DNA of 64,000 bases from Nemertoderma westbladi (taxonomy: Eukaryota > Animalia > Xenacoelomorpha), in assembly GCA_032718475.1 (NCBI GenBank), contig JAUCBJ010002899.1, positions 33,178 through 97,177 on the forward strand, written 5' to 3'. A program made the translations under genes and the position numbers. This document shows, piece by piece, positions 48,485 to 61,140 of the stretch. Position 1 is the first letter of the stretch; each line of letters starts with the position of its first letter. Under the pieces are notes generated by a model that did not search any database, was not told the DNA's origin, and saw only the letters and a program-made list of their open reading frames with translations.

Positions 48485-49445
48485 CTTTGGGTCCATATGT
48501 AAAGTATCTGAAATCCTTTGGGTCCATATGTAAAGTATCTGAAATCCTTTGGGTCCGTGTGCAAAGTATCTGACATCCTTTAGGTCCGTCTTCAAAGTAT
48601 CTGCCAACATTTGGGTCCGTGTGCAAAGTATCTACCAAGATTTGGGTGCGAGTGCAAAGTATCTGCCAACATTACATTTGGGTCCGTGTGCAAAGTATAT
48701 GACATCCTTTGGGTCCGTGTGCAAAGTATCTGACATCCTTTAGGTCCGTGTTCAAAGTATCTGCCAATATTTGGGTCAGTGTTCAAAGTATCTGAGATCG
48801 TTTGGGTCCGTGTTCAAAGTATCTGACATCCTTTGGGTCCGTGTTCAAAATATCTGCCAACATTTGGGTCCGTGTTCAAAGTATCTGGCATCCTTTGGGT
48901 CCATGTGCAAAGTATCTGACATCCTTTGGGTCTGTGTTAAAAGTATTTGCCAACATTTGGGTCCGTGTTCAAAGTATCTGACATCCTTTGGGTCCGTGTT
49001 CAAAGTATCTGCCAACATTTGGGTCCGTGTTCAAAGTATCTGAGATCCTTTGGGTCCGCGTTCAAAGCATCTGTCATCCTTTGGGTTCTTGCTGAAAGTA
49101 TCTGCCATCCTTTGGGTCCGTGTTCAAAGTATCTGACATCCTTTGGGTCCGTGTTCAAAGTATCTGACATCCTTTGGGTCCGTGTTCAAAGTATCTGACA
49201 TCCTTTGGGTCTGTGTGCAAAGTATCTGTCATCCTTTGGGACCGTGTTCAAAGTATCTGACATCCTTTGGGTCCGTGTTCAAAGTATCTACCATGATTTG
49301 GGTCCGTGCTTTAACCTACAGTATACTGTATACTTTCATTTGCTTCCGTGTTCAACCTTCAACATGTCTGTCAACCTTTGGGTCCGTGCTCAACGCAACT
49401 ACCACCCTTTGGGCCCGTGTTCAATGTACGTACAGTATCTGACAT
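48485..49445. repeat. 31 bp minisatellite, ~30 copies, TTTGGGTCCGTGTTCAAAGTATCTG(ACATCC/CCAACA)
   Basis: Direct inspection; degenerates after ~49310. Confidence 0.95.
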
Positions 49446-49841
49446 GCTTCGGCACCATTTTATTACCTTCATTAACATTAGTAGGTGAATAGGGTAGATG
49501 GTATACAAAGTAACCAATAAGAAATCACCATGGAAAAGTTAGTCAGAATCAATCAGCTGATCCAAATTTATCCAAAAAATGAGGTTTTGGCTCTTTGTGG
49601 CTCAGTGCTTTCCTTTTATTTGCATAATGTTTCGCAGTATTAACTATGAGAGCATTAATTGCGCTCTGGTGCAACATCATCCTGCTGTCGGAGTGGGTCT
49701 GGTGCCTCATTGCTTCATAGTGTAATGGTCATTTTTTGGGTCCGTGTGGCTCTTTGTGCATTTTAGCACTGCCCAATTTTATGGCGCTTCTAATGTCAAA
49801 AAGTTTAGAATGCCAATATAAAAATTTTACTGCCGGTGTAG

Positions 49842-50210
49842 CCAGTGCGAATTTCCACCCCCTAAAAATTCACCCCCTGGTTAAAATTCCCTGTGTATTT
49901 TCACCCCCCGAATTCACTAGTGTATTTTAACCGGGGGGGGGTGAAACTACTCTGGGTGATTTTTTAGTGAAATTTAACCCCCCTCAGTGTATTCTTACCC
50001 CCATGATATTTTAAATTTAAATATAAATTAAATTCGATATAAGCTAAGAATAGGGAACAGACGACCACAGATACCTCTAGTACACGGACAAACACACGCT
50101 GGAGATTTGTATAGTAAAGTACAAAAAAATACACCGGGAGTGAGAACTGAGAATTCACTAGGGAATTTTAACCGGGGAGTATGGGGGGTGAAAATTCTTT
50201 ATTACACTGG
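49842..50210. mobile_element. MITE-like element with TTCACCCC repeats and inverted ends
   Basis: CCAGTG..GGTTAAAATTCCCT versus AGGGAATTTTAACC..CACTGG. Confidence 0.5.
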
Positions 50211-51839
50211 TTTTCAAATGAAATTTAGCATTGTTTTCTATGGAGAAATTTCACCCTGAGAGCATTTTCAGCGGATACATTCTGGCTGTAAATTTGACAA
50301 ATTGTGACCAGTTACTGAGTGATCCTGAAAGAAAAGTGAAAAAAACGGTGTTTTCCGTTAAATACGTTTTTATATCTAATATTTGAATATATTGTTTTAT
50401 GCCCTATTCGGAAAAAGTATCACCTGCAATCCTGCGATGCCGTCAATACAGTACAGTACACAGCACGGCACGTTAGTGTGTAGAGTACGTACCCGCGCAC
50501 AAGCGTAACCCATCCAAAAAGTGCACCAGATATCCGAAACAGTTTCACCAAACAATTTAAAGCTATATATCTAAACTAAACTTTCGGACACAATATTTGA
50601 AATTTAACAGCGCTTTAGAACCGATACATGGGATTAAGCGCGATATAAGTAAATTATTTATTATTATTATTACGCGACACGCGCATACCCAATTGCCAAT
50701 TTGCAATAGCTTATGAAAGGAATAGGCTAGCCTACAATATCATCACCAAGGATATAATTTTGCACCGAAAATATATGAAAATAACAAAATAACCAATAAC
50801 TGACCTGGCATTTTGTATTAGCATTAGCAAAGGCGAGCGAATTTTTTTAACTAAAGTAAAATATTTTCACTTTCGAAGTACTTCTGGTGTTCTGTAATAA
50901 TTGCTAGCATACTGTATATGACAACATGGCGCCAGTAGTAATTTTTAGGTGCGCCATGCGCCAAAATCGGCTTGCTTCTTGCTTTCTGAGCGCGCCTTGC
51001 GCCAAAGGTTCTTCACGATTTTCAAGCGCGCTTTTATTTTAAAGTGCGCCGGATTAATCCGACACAAAGTGTACGGATTTCTGTTCAATGTGGTACTGCC
51101 TTAAGATTGTAGCCATCTACCGAAGTAACTCAACTCCTTAATGTAAGAGCCACAGTATATGCTAAAAAATTACTAGACAAAGGTTTTTTTTCACTAATTA
51201 TGAAATTGGTGGAAAAATGTATAATTTTTTCACTTACTTTTAAAAATATAAGTGAGAATAAGCTGATTATTCCAATGAAACAATTTTTTAGTTTTATTAT
51301 TTCAGAAATAAAAAAAAAAATATTTTATTTTAAATTAGAAAATAGAGATTACGCGGTTTATTTCGAGACCTACTGTCGACCCAGCCATGCTGCCATGAGA
51401 CGGTAAAGCCGATTACAGGGGCAACCATACCGTAGTGTCAAAAAACGGTGAATGGAGGTGGCAGATGTCGTTATGATTGGATGAAAGAAAGCTTCCATGG
51501 ATGCACTTTCAACATATTTGGGTTAGGGTTGTTCACTGTTCACAGTATCTTAGCTGAATCCATCTTGTGTTAGGTTATTGAATAGCTTATTGGATAACAA
51601 TTAGTGAAGTTAACACTAAAGGGCGACCTTGTTAATTTGTTGAGATATCTCCGCTTTTCGCAAGACGTCCGTCCCTATGCTTCCTATGTTGTATATGTAT
51701 AGGTTGGGCTGGAGAAGTAGGATACCGCCAGAAACCGCTGTAACTTTGTAGCTGATGGATTTTGATCATTTGTACGGAACATTTTCTGTATTTTCCTATT
51801 AAATATACTGTACGTAGTTTTTCAATGTACTGTATGTAC

Positions 51840-52835
51840 ACCATGTCCTGGAATATGGTCTTGATTTTGTCAGTGACTTAGTCTCGCACCCCCCAGAGTC
51901 CAACAAGTGCATTAGAGCCAGATCAAGCAGTCAAGATTTGGAAGAATTTAACAGCATCGTGACTGCTGAGGTATGACTCAATTTGGAGGTCAAATAAACA
52001 CAGGACATTTCAAGCAAATCAACTATAACGGAACAGCCAACAGGAAGTAATAAACATACCATTATCGGGAATATCGGCAATCGGGATATTGAAAGGGGAA
52101 AGCCACCATAAATTTGAACTAAAATTCAACTAAATCCTCTCCCCAATACAGGATACTTCTGTATACCAACAAGCTACTGTATGTGGGATCAGTCTTCGTT
52201 TGCAGTTTCGGTAGCTGCAACAATATACAACAAAATGTTTCAATTTAGAATTATGCCTCACTTCGAGTGAGAAACTGCTGCGTAAGTACCAAAATGGATT
52301 TCGACAAAATAGATCAACCATAGCTCGGATACTTGGCCTACAGAGGCAGGTTGAGGGAATTAAGTCAATGAATATCCCTGCTGTCCTGACATTTGTGGAC
52401 TTCAAGAAGACATTCGACACCATCCATAGATGTAAAATGGTGGAAATCCCAAGAGCTTATCGAATACCAGAAGTAATTGTCGTTGGCATTGGATTCTGCT
52501 GGATACAAACGCCGAGCTTTATGGTACAATACCACCTGTATCAATCACCCTCCGTGAACGCAGATTAAGATTCAGTGGGCACTGCTGGCGAAGTAAAGAC
52601 GAGGTCATACCAGATCTACTTCTCTGGCTACCAAACAAAAGGAAACCCGCGGACGACCGGCTATAATATATATACAGATATATATATAGAATATATAATA
52701 GAATATATATAGATATATATAATATATATAGACCAGATTGAAAGGGATACTGGAGAATCTCTATGAAGAATCGGGTTGCCTGGAATGATTTCATTTCCAA
52801 TCTCCGAGTTCGCTCGACCTAGTAGTAGTAGTAGA
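51840..52835 (+). mobile_element. Decayed RTE-like LINE with (TAG)n tail
   Basis: QNGFRQNRST, FVDFKKTFDTIHR, RLRFSGHCWR; ends GAGTTCGCTCGACC(TAG)4. Confidence 0.8.
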
Positions 52836-52989
52836 CCTTGATAGGCCTACATATAGGAAATCGGTGATGCATCATTGTGGTGTGGCCGAGCTATCTAAGT
52901 AGGCCTACCAATATATTATACTGTATACTGTATATATTACAGTATGTAAGCGAATACCAAAAATCTCTGATCTCCAATACCCAACTCAC

Positions 52990-53120
52990 CTTGTAGAAGT
53001 TCAGTTGGTAAAACCCACCAAGGATTTATGATGAGGGCATAAACGGCAAAGCGAATAGCGTAGGATAACAGAGCTAAGTAGAGGACACCAACGTGGCCGA
53101 TGGCCTTTATAAGACGATGA
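52990..53120 (-). CDS. MFSD6: MFSD6-like transporter, internal exon
   Basis: TAG|..|GTGAGT; HRLIKAIGHVGVLYLALLSYAIRFAVYALIINPWWVLPTELLQ. Confidence 0.88.
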
Positions 53121-53307
53121 CTAGAAGGCAATATAGGCACTAATATTCATTATTTCTTCCATGATGACTATTTTGGCATTTTCATTTAATAGTTAGGCCT
53201 ACAAATGATACGAGTGGATTTGGATTATATGCGTACAATATTATAACATATTTAAATAAAAAATTTGAATTTAATTTAACTATCAAATTCGACTAACTGT
53301 CTACATA

Positions 53308-54490
53308 TGTGGCGGTTGCAGTAGAAAGGACACGTTCGTGGGGTCTTCGCGCAGCACGAAGTGAGCAAAGCCTTTAGCATATGGGTACCATTAACGAGTT
53401 GTCTGCCGTTAGTCAGAAGTCTTCAACACAATACTCGTCCTCCTCTTGTGCCTCGTTGCGTTCGTTTGTTTTTGACGAAACTTCAGATTCTTTCTAAACT
53501 TTTGACGGACTACATAGGCTACATACCAAGTTTCGTTTACTTTCATCAAGGAATGACCGAGTTATTAGCGGTCAAATTTTACGACGACAGACAACTCGCC
53601 AATGGCACCCATATGCTAAGGCTTCGCTCACTTCGTGGCTCGCCCCACACATGGAGGAAAGTGGTGTTTTGAGAAAAACGTATTTAAAGTTTTGTGAAAG
53701 GTAGAAAGCAATATAATAAAAAAATATAATATTTCTAGATCAAAATTTTACAACCTTTCCAGCTGCCATATTTTCAGATACGTAACTTCAAGTCTTAAAA
53801 TATTACGTCGGTCTGTCTGAATGTCTGTTTGTCCGTCTTTTCTACTTTTATGATGTAGAATATATCAAAAAACACACTAATTCGCTAAAAGTTCAACCTT
53901 CAAGGTTTTCCAGGTCGGTGATTTCATTTCCGATGTAATTTTTCATGTTTGACAGAATCTAGTCCGTCTATCAGTCCATTTGTCTGTCTGTCTGTTGTCG
54001 GTCAAAATATAAGAAAGCACTCTACGTGAATAATATTTTAGCTATGTGATTCTGTGATTTTATTTTTGATGTCAGTTTTCATGTTTGGATGAATCTAGTC
54101 TGTCTATTGTATACAATTGACAGACAGACAGACAGAAAGACCGACAAACAGACATAGACTAGTTTCAACCAAACATGAAAACTGAAATCAGAAATGAAAT
54201 CACCGAATAGGAAAACACCCATATCCAAAATATTGTCATTATACATACAACCATTATTGTCAGTATACGTTATTAACCAACATTCTTACAGACAGTTTTT
54301 GGCGGGAAGGTTCAATCTACGATATTTTGTCAACCTACCGTGTAGTTTTTTGGATTTTACGAAAGCAAAAATATATCTAAAGCTTAAACCAAATATACCA
54401 GTAGAAAGCCCGAAAAATTTGCTACAAAATGTGATGTATTAAAAAAATTTGATTTTTGGGTCATGTGTCCTTTCTACTGCAACCGCCACA
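53308..54490. mobile_element. Intronic TIR element with a nested Helentron-like short element (53338-53648)
   Basis: Perfect 26 bp TIR TGTGGCGGTTGCAGTAGAAAGGACAC; the nested element has a ~35 bp subterminal inverted repeat. Confidence 0.8.
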
Positions 54491-54557
54491 TGTAGATACA
54501 AATTACAGAATATAGAGTCCTTAATTTTCACAAAATACAGTAACATAATAAACTTAC

Positions 54558-54633
54558 CTTAAAAAGAACATGATTGTTTCTGCTACACAGTATGTAAGTA
54601 GACTGGCCACACCCATTAATAACTGACTAGCAC
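54558..54633 (-). CDS. MFSD6: MFSD6-like exon
   Basis: TTTCAG|..|GTAAGT; (G)ASQLLMGVASLLTYCVAETIMFFL(S); phases agree with both neighbours. Confidence 0.85.
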
Positions 54634-55603
54634 CTGAAATTTTAGAAAGATATACTGATACAAAGCGACACGCTGCTGTCATGGGGGTGGGGGGCTATTA
54701 TATATTTCGTTAAGAAATTTATTCGACATAGTAATAAATTATCTTATACTATTAAGTATATATAACTTTATATTACTGCATTATGACTTAAAATCTTATA
54801 AACATAAATAAAATCTGCTCCATTATTTTACTGTACAGTACATTAATTGAGATTTAGGTATCAGGTTCAGGCTCCCGGGCTGTAGGTACAGTAGATAAGC
54901 ACCCTTACTGGTACTGGTACATAAAGTATTACCCATAACCACTGAAAACAACAAATAACAGCAGATTACTTCCAAAAACAAAATTGTAACCTGTTCTAAA
55001 CATGTAAGTTTATTGTTTTGGTTAGAATTACGTACCACTGTAACTGTAACATGCTCCCGTCCCTCAATTAATAATATAACATTGAGAAAATAATACTACA
55101 GTAATTCATCGCCGAGATGGGATTTGCGTCCAGTGCCTCCTGCCTAATTCAACAGTTAGAGTTACCAGACAATGATGTTTCACTTTCTATTCTACTCTCT
55201 GTTCGATAAACCAATCCCTATCTGCCAATTTGTCTGGAAGTGCGCTACAGTAATTATTTGACAAGGTAGGCCTACGACAACAGGCGAGGGAATACTATTA
55301 TTATTATATCACCACCATCATCTCTTTAGGGTTCATCACGGTAATGACACAGTAAGCTCAAAGTGAACTAATAATGTTCTAAGACCCTTTTATTTGCGGA
55401 AACGGACTATAATTTATCTTAAGTTTGTACACAATAGTGAGAAGAACAAGACCAGTTAGTCGAAGTTAACCTACTGTACAGTATAGTACATATATATTGA
55501 TAAATATTTATCTTGGTCTAATTTACCTAATTGAATAATCGTTTTATTTAATTAATTTAAGTAATTTTATTTAGTTAATAACGGAAATAATAATAATACG
55601 TAC

Positions 55604-55757
55604 CTAAATTTTCCAAGTGCCAAAATAGGAATCCCCAAACAACACCGTTGCAGACACCCATAAAGATGGACGTTATAAGTATGGAACCATAATGCAAAGA
55701 TGCAAAGAGTCGAAATACACCAATTACTGACTGAATACTTGGTTGGACTTTATCTTC
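55604..55757 (-). CDS. MFSD6: MFSD6-like exon
   Basis: TTCAG|..|GTACGT; ..HYGSILITSIFMGVCNGVVWGFLFWHLENL. Confidence 0.88.
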
Positions 55758-56354
55758 CTGAATAATAGGGTGACAATGAACATTGATATTAGATATCCGG
55801 GAGCACCCCATTTACACTGTCCGAGTTTGCTCGACCTACAGTAAGACAACAGTGTACTGTAGTACTAGTACTGTACTGTAATGGTGTACTGTAATAGTAC
55901 TGTAGTAGTTGTAGTGAAAAAAGCCTGACTCAGCAACGTAATGATTTCCTAATTTGTAATAATATCGCCTGTTTTATTATTTTGAATTTGAGTTCGGCTG
56001 TCAGATAATAAAAAATGCCAAGTGTTAATTTAAGTAGAAATTTATTTTGGGAGAATGTGTGATTATTTTGAGGGGTGTGTTATTTACTGTATTTAATTCT
56101 GGTTAATTTGCTTTGGAGACAATTAAATAGTTTTGACATGTAATCAGTTAAAGCAATCAGCTGCTTGCAACTGTTTTGGTAGGCTAGGCTTGACAACAGG
56201 AGTAGGCCTACGATAGTACAGTAGGTCTACCGGTTGGCAACGGTATTTCTGTATTTATGGCAGTTATTTATCGACCTACTAAAAATATTTGTTGATAATT
56301 ATGTTATTTATTAATTAATTGTCAAGCAAGTTAAGTTAAAAACTTTACCGCTAA

Positions 56355-57545
56355 ATATGCAAGCACCAAAGTTTGTAAAAACTACAAGAAGCAGTGTAGT
56401 TTGTGGAATGTTCCATCGTATTTTTAACGTCAGTAAGCAGTACTGTAAAGGTGGGGACGGTTCCCCACTCCATACCGCTCGCGCTATTGGTGAAGCTAAG
56501 ACAATTCTTGGCAATAACCAATATAATGCTGCGATTGTTCAACTCAAGCTCACTGCTGCTAGGGGGCGTGCGAGCAGTACTGTAGACGATTACAATTTGC
56601 AACATTTGATGGATATCCCAAGACAACAGTAATACTGGATGTTGCTACAGTCCAACCAATGCCTCAGAGCCAGAACAAGCAGTCAGGTTTTATGAAGATC
56701 TTACTGGACTTTATAAATGGCATTCCAAAAAACAACGTCGAAGTCATTGCTGGTGACCTGAATGCTCAAATTGGCCCAGAAGACATCAAGGGTTTTAACA
56801 CCAGTTCGAACAAGAAATGGGTGCTTACTAGGGCCTGAAGTGGTTAATTTTTCCACCAACCGGTTAACCATTTCCAATTAACCGGTTAAAAAGTAGAAAT
56901 ATTTGTTTTAGGTTGAAAAATGAGTATGAATTAGGCCTACCTAGACCTACAACCTATGGTGCAACATACTGTACATACTACGGTACATACTATGAAATGA
57001 AAGTTATATCGCTAACAGTCCCCAAACTTAAGCTACAGTACCGGTATGTATATCTCTTATGTAACCTAAGCTAAGAGGTATCCGTCCCTACTTGCAATAC
57101 AGTTTAGTCCCGATATTGCTCTATTGTGATAGAGCCACTAGTACTATAGTGTATGTATACTGTACTGTAGTCCTACAGCTGCATACAGTACACAATGAAT
57201 TTCTGAAACATCGCAATGGGAAATACACATTAAAATGATAACATACAGGTAATAAAACTGGTAACAGAACCTGAAAACCTCAAAATGGGACATTAAGCCG
57301 GTTAACCGGTTAATCAATTTCTAACCGGTTAATTTGAATTAACCGGTTAACCGCTTCTGGCCTTAGTGCTTACTCTTAGACCGAATGAAAGAATGTGAAT
57401 TCATACCAGAAAACACCACATTCGAAAAGAATAAGGGGAAGCTATGGACCTTTCAATACCCGAATGGAACCAAAGCACAGCTTGAATACATCCTTATAAA
57501 CAAAAAGTGGAGAAACAGCATGATTAACTGCTTTCATCATCAACA
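56355..57545 (+). mobile_element. RTE-like LINE AP-endonuclease fragment (intronic)
   Basis: GWNVPSYF-like decayed start, CYSPTN, IAGDLNAQIG, LWTFQYPNGTKAQLEYILINKKWRNS. Confidence 0.75.
56829..57365. mobile_element. hAT MITE inserted in the RTE fragment
   Basis: Perfect 8 bp TSD GTGCTTAC (56821-56828, 57366-57373); TAGGGCCTGAAGTGGTTAA / TTAACCGCTTCTGGCCTTA ends; TTAACCGGTTAA repeats. Confidence 0.9.
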
Positions 57546-57611
57546 AGCAGAAACGTGATTGGGGCAAGTTTGTGGTGCTGCCTCCCAGTGGATAGTTAGG
57601 CATACTGGTCA

Positions 57612-57930
57612 AAGTTAGGACAATTCCGACCCGGACAATTCCGACCCGGATGATTCCTACAAAAATTCCGACCACACAATTCGAAAAACACTATAAAATT
57701 ACAAACGCGTCTCGAACGAAGAATATCCATGGACACAGCAATCTTATGTTGAATAATAAAACAATGTAATGTTAAATAAAGTTATTATTTATTATTATTA
57801 TTAATTATTTGGGTTGGAATTGTCCTATGTTGGATCCAGATAATTCCGGCCCATGAAAATTTCATTCGATCTCTGATTGGATCGAAATTGTCCGGGTCGC
57901 AATTGTCCTGGTCGGAATTGTCCGTACACC
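57612..57930. mobile_element. MITE with GGACAATTCCGACCC subterminal repeats
   Basis: Repeats at 57618-57675 are inverted at 57885-57925. Confidence 0.65.
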
Positions 57931-58179
57931 CTACTGGTAACACATCTCTTTATTTCATTGCTCGTTCCTTCTCCATTTGGGACACTCTAAATGTCATCTC
58001 TTGGTTTGGCCTTCTGAAAATGCCTTGGTTCGTGAGGCGAAACCTATTTGTGTTTAGTGGGTTTTAAAAATTTATTTGATTTAAAACATTGGCAAGGTTT
58101 ACCGTGGTAATGTTTTCTCACCAAATCAAAAAACGAGACTTTATTTCCCTTGCGGTCAATGAGCGCCACTATCTGAGTT

Positions 58180-59275
58180 CTCAACATGAGGCCGTCATTA
58201 TGTATTCTTTGTGACTTCCATATCCTGGACATCCCATTCGATGCCACGCATGTCTTCCCCTTGCATATTTTGTAGGTCTTCTTCACCGGACTTCCGGATC
58301 CATTACCCCAAGTAACAGAACTTAGAGCTTATGCTCGTAGGTTCAGAAGACTGTCGAAGTTATCTGTCAACATTTTGGTCTTTTTGGAGATAACGAAAAT
58401 ACTAAAACTAGAAGTAGCCTGCGGCTCCAATGAGCTGATGAGCATTTGGACTTCCTCTAGTGATTCTGAGAGTTAGTAGGCCTACTCTTAAGTCATCAAC
58501 AGAGTCTAGAGACCAGTACAGTAGGCCCTAATGTACCCGGATGGATTTTCCTTCTTGAAGTAGTAGGTGGTATTTCCATCACTCCATATTCATTATATTG
58601 GTCTAAGGAAATGCGTAGAACATAATTATGAATACGAATGATGCGAGTGTGTCACTGTGGGGACTATCGAAATTGATAAAACTCGATCGGAGTCGATCGG
58701 TGTCCAAATGTCGATCCATCGCATAGTGGTGCGGATCTGATTTCCTAAGGAATCCCATATAATGCAAGGATGCTGAAAATACGGATCGGTTCGGTTGAAT
58801 CGAAGGCCTTAAAAAAGTAAAAAAGATAACAGCCAGATCAAGTCTGTCTTTCTTTATTGACACAATCTTCAATTCTGAGATTTGGTGTTTGGTACCACGA
58901 CCTATTCGGAACCCATTTTAGATCCCTCATACATAACATTCTCTCAACGGTATCCCTGATTCGATTTAGTAAAATTATATTGTATAGCTTTGCAGCTATC
59001 GAGATCAACGAGATTTCGCGAAAAGATCCAGAGTGTTAGGTTAGGGTGCATTTTTGGGAACTGGCACCAACTTATTTGTTTTAATTTCTTATGGGACTTC
59101 TTTATTCTGTACATGGTTCATTCAAAGCTGTATCTGGTTCATAGTCTGGTCTATGTTTATGGGGTGAATGAGCTCCAAACACTACAGTAAGGTATTTTAA
59201 AGGCCTCCGGAGGGACATTGGGGAGTCTACTCCATTGCCACGATTGGGCTTTTAATTGTCTTTGCAGAAGTCTTG
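58180..59275 (-). mobile_element. Decayed RTE-like LINE RT fragment
   Basis: DNA similarity to 28900-29270 and 11700-12500 (e.g. TATAGCTTTGCAGC.ATCGAGATCAA, GGGAACTGGCACCAACTTATTTG). Confidence 0.75.
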
Positions 59276-60158
59276 ACTTCAACAAAGGAGATATATCACC
59301 ATGTGTATTAACCCACCACCCAGGCAACCAAACCGGCTCGCATGTCTCCGACTGCAAAGAGGCCCCAACAACAAGGGGCAATTACCCCACCCCCTTGTAA
59401 TTTTGACATGCCCCCATAGTTGCCCCCCCCCCCCCTCCCCCCGGACATATTGTAAGAGTAAATTGAATAGATGTAAAAATAAATTAAATGCAAACAAATG
59501 CAAAATGTAACAAAGGCACATATTTAAGTTGACAGGCAGTGCACATGGAGTGTGAAGGTATATATAGGTTTTGGTTATGGGATAAGTACTGTAGCCCTAC
59601 TGTATCGTATCTGGTAAGATTTAATTAAATAAATATACTTTAAGGAATACAATTTAAGGGGACACGTCATAATTTATGCATCATGGAGGAGATCTTCTGG
59701 ATATCCGGAATTTTTATGATCCTGTTATAAATGAAATTCTAGAAGTCCTTGATTTGAATACTTAAATTTAGTTGGACCCTCTTAATATTAAAGGGGGCAT
59801 TGAACGACCGGATTTCGTTTCAGCAACAGGAATTTCCGAAAGTATACATGTGATTCATTAACTTATATACAGTAGTTGAAGCCGGCCGCCTAATAAGAAA
59901 ATAACGTGTATTTGGCTTAAAGAAAAGGTTTGCCCCCCCCCCCCCCCCACGCACCCCCTAGAATTGATTTTGACCCAATTTTGCCCCCCCCCCCCCGCCC
60001 ACTGTTTCAATTTCCGGGTGCCGCCACTGGCTACTATGGAGCTTTAGATACTTGTGAAATCAGAACAATTAGTGCAACCAACGGACAAATACAAATTTAT
60101 TCCGAATTAAATTTACCGAAGAATTTTAACAAAGAGAAATAAACCCACGAATACTAAC

Positions 60159-60312
60159 ATTAAATACAAAAAACCAAGCGGCAACCAAAGCTCCAGCCAT
60201 GAGAACCGTGAAGGAAATGAATGCGATGTTGTAGTTACTGAATGTGATAGGAACCCCGCAGTGTGTGCTAGTGTATCGGCTTTCGTTAATTAAGATACCA
60301 ACGATAAAGTTC
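60159..60312 (-). CDS. MFSD6: MFSD6-like exon
   Basis: TTTAG|..|GTTAGT; NFIVGILIN..CG....NYNIAFISFTVLMAGALVAAWFFVFN. Confidence 0.85.
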
Positions 60313-60577
60313 CTAAAATATATAAACGTTTTGATGTGCAGAGAGAAACCGATATTTAATGTCTGAATGTTGTAACAAGTCGGTAATTGGTACCGGTAAT
60401 TTAAAATTAACTGTTTTAAGATAAACATTTTTTATACACTCGGATAATTTTTGATTTAATATTGTTGTCATATCGATAAATTATGTGTAATTATTATATA
60501 TGGTAAGTGCGATATGATTGAGTACCATATAACATGTTTATCAGATCAGACTATATCTACCACCTGAATGAACTTAC

Positions 60578-60776
60578 AGTAAACCGTGTCCAAGACCTCC
60601 AAAAACCCGCTGATAACCGTATCGGTGGAGGTTTTGCATTCCCAAGTATTCGAGGCAAGCCGCGTCAGCTAGTGCTGATGAGGGCGACATCAACAACTCC
60701 CCAATTATAGTGAAAATAAGAAATGATAGAAAGAGATTGTTCAAACCAACTTTATCATACAACCACGATCTGTTCC
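60578..60776 (-). CDS. MFSD6: MFSD6-like exon
   Basis: TTAG|..|GTAAGT; IIGELLMSPSSALADAACLEYLG...RYGYQRVFGGLGHG, the MFSD6-family signature. Confidence 0.9.
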
Positions 60777-60874
60777 CTAAGAGGATACAAGTAAATAGGC
60801 GATTAGGGACTCCATACTCGGTATCTATCTTATTATTTACTCGCATTATATCGACATTAAATTAAATTACTTAC

Positions 60875-60989
60875 CTTCCTCAGTCATATCAGTAAATATT
60901 TTCGTAGCATATGAGTTGCCTACCGATCGTTTTACGAGACTAGTTTGTCCGGAATGGAAGTGTGAAGATGATGGATTGGAGCTCATGAC
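60875..60989 (-). CDS. MFSD6: MFSD6-like exon (variable luminal loop)
   Basis: TTGCAG|..|GTAAGT; open in the phase required by the next exon. Confidence 0.6.
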
Positions 60990-61038
60990 CTGCAACAAGT
61001 ATTATATACTTGATATTACATATCAAAATAGTACTTAC

Positions 61039-61140
61039 ATAGTACTTGTGTCTGTTGTCTGTACGTAAGGATAGCACTTTGCAGTGTAACGATCCATGTG
61101 GTTTGTTGCACAAATGATCATAGTGAGTGAGGGCCAAATA
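61039..61140 (-). CDS. MFSD6: Probable MFSD6-like exon, 5' boundary uncertain, followed by a 49 bp intron
   Basis: GTAAGT donor at 61038; open phase-0 frame YLALTH...HKYY; no family motif. Confidence 0.4.

Noticed and set aside
48384-49492. Cys-rich short ORFs
   Set aside because: Translations of the 31 bp satellite
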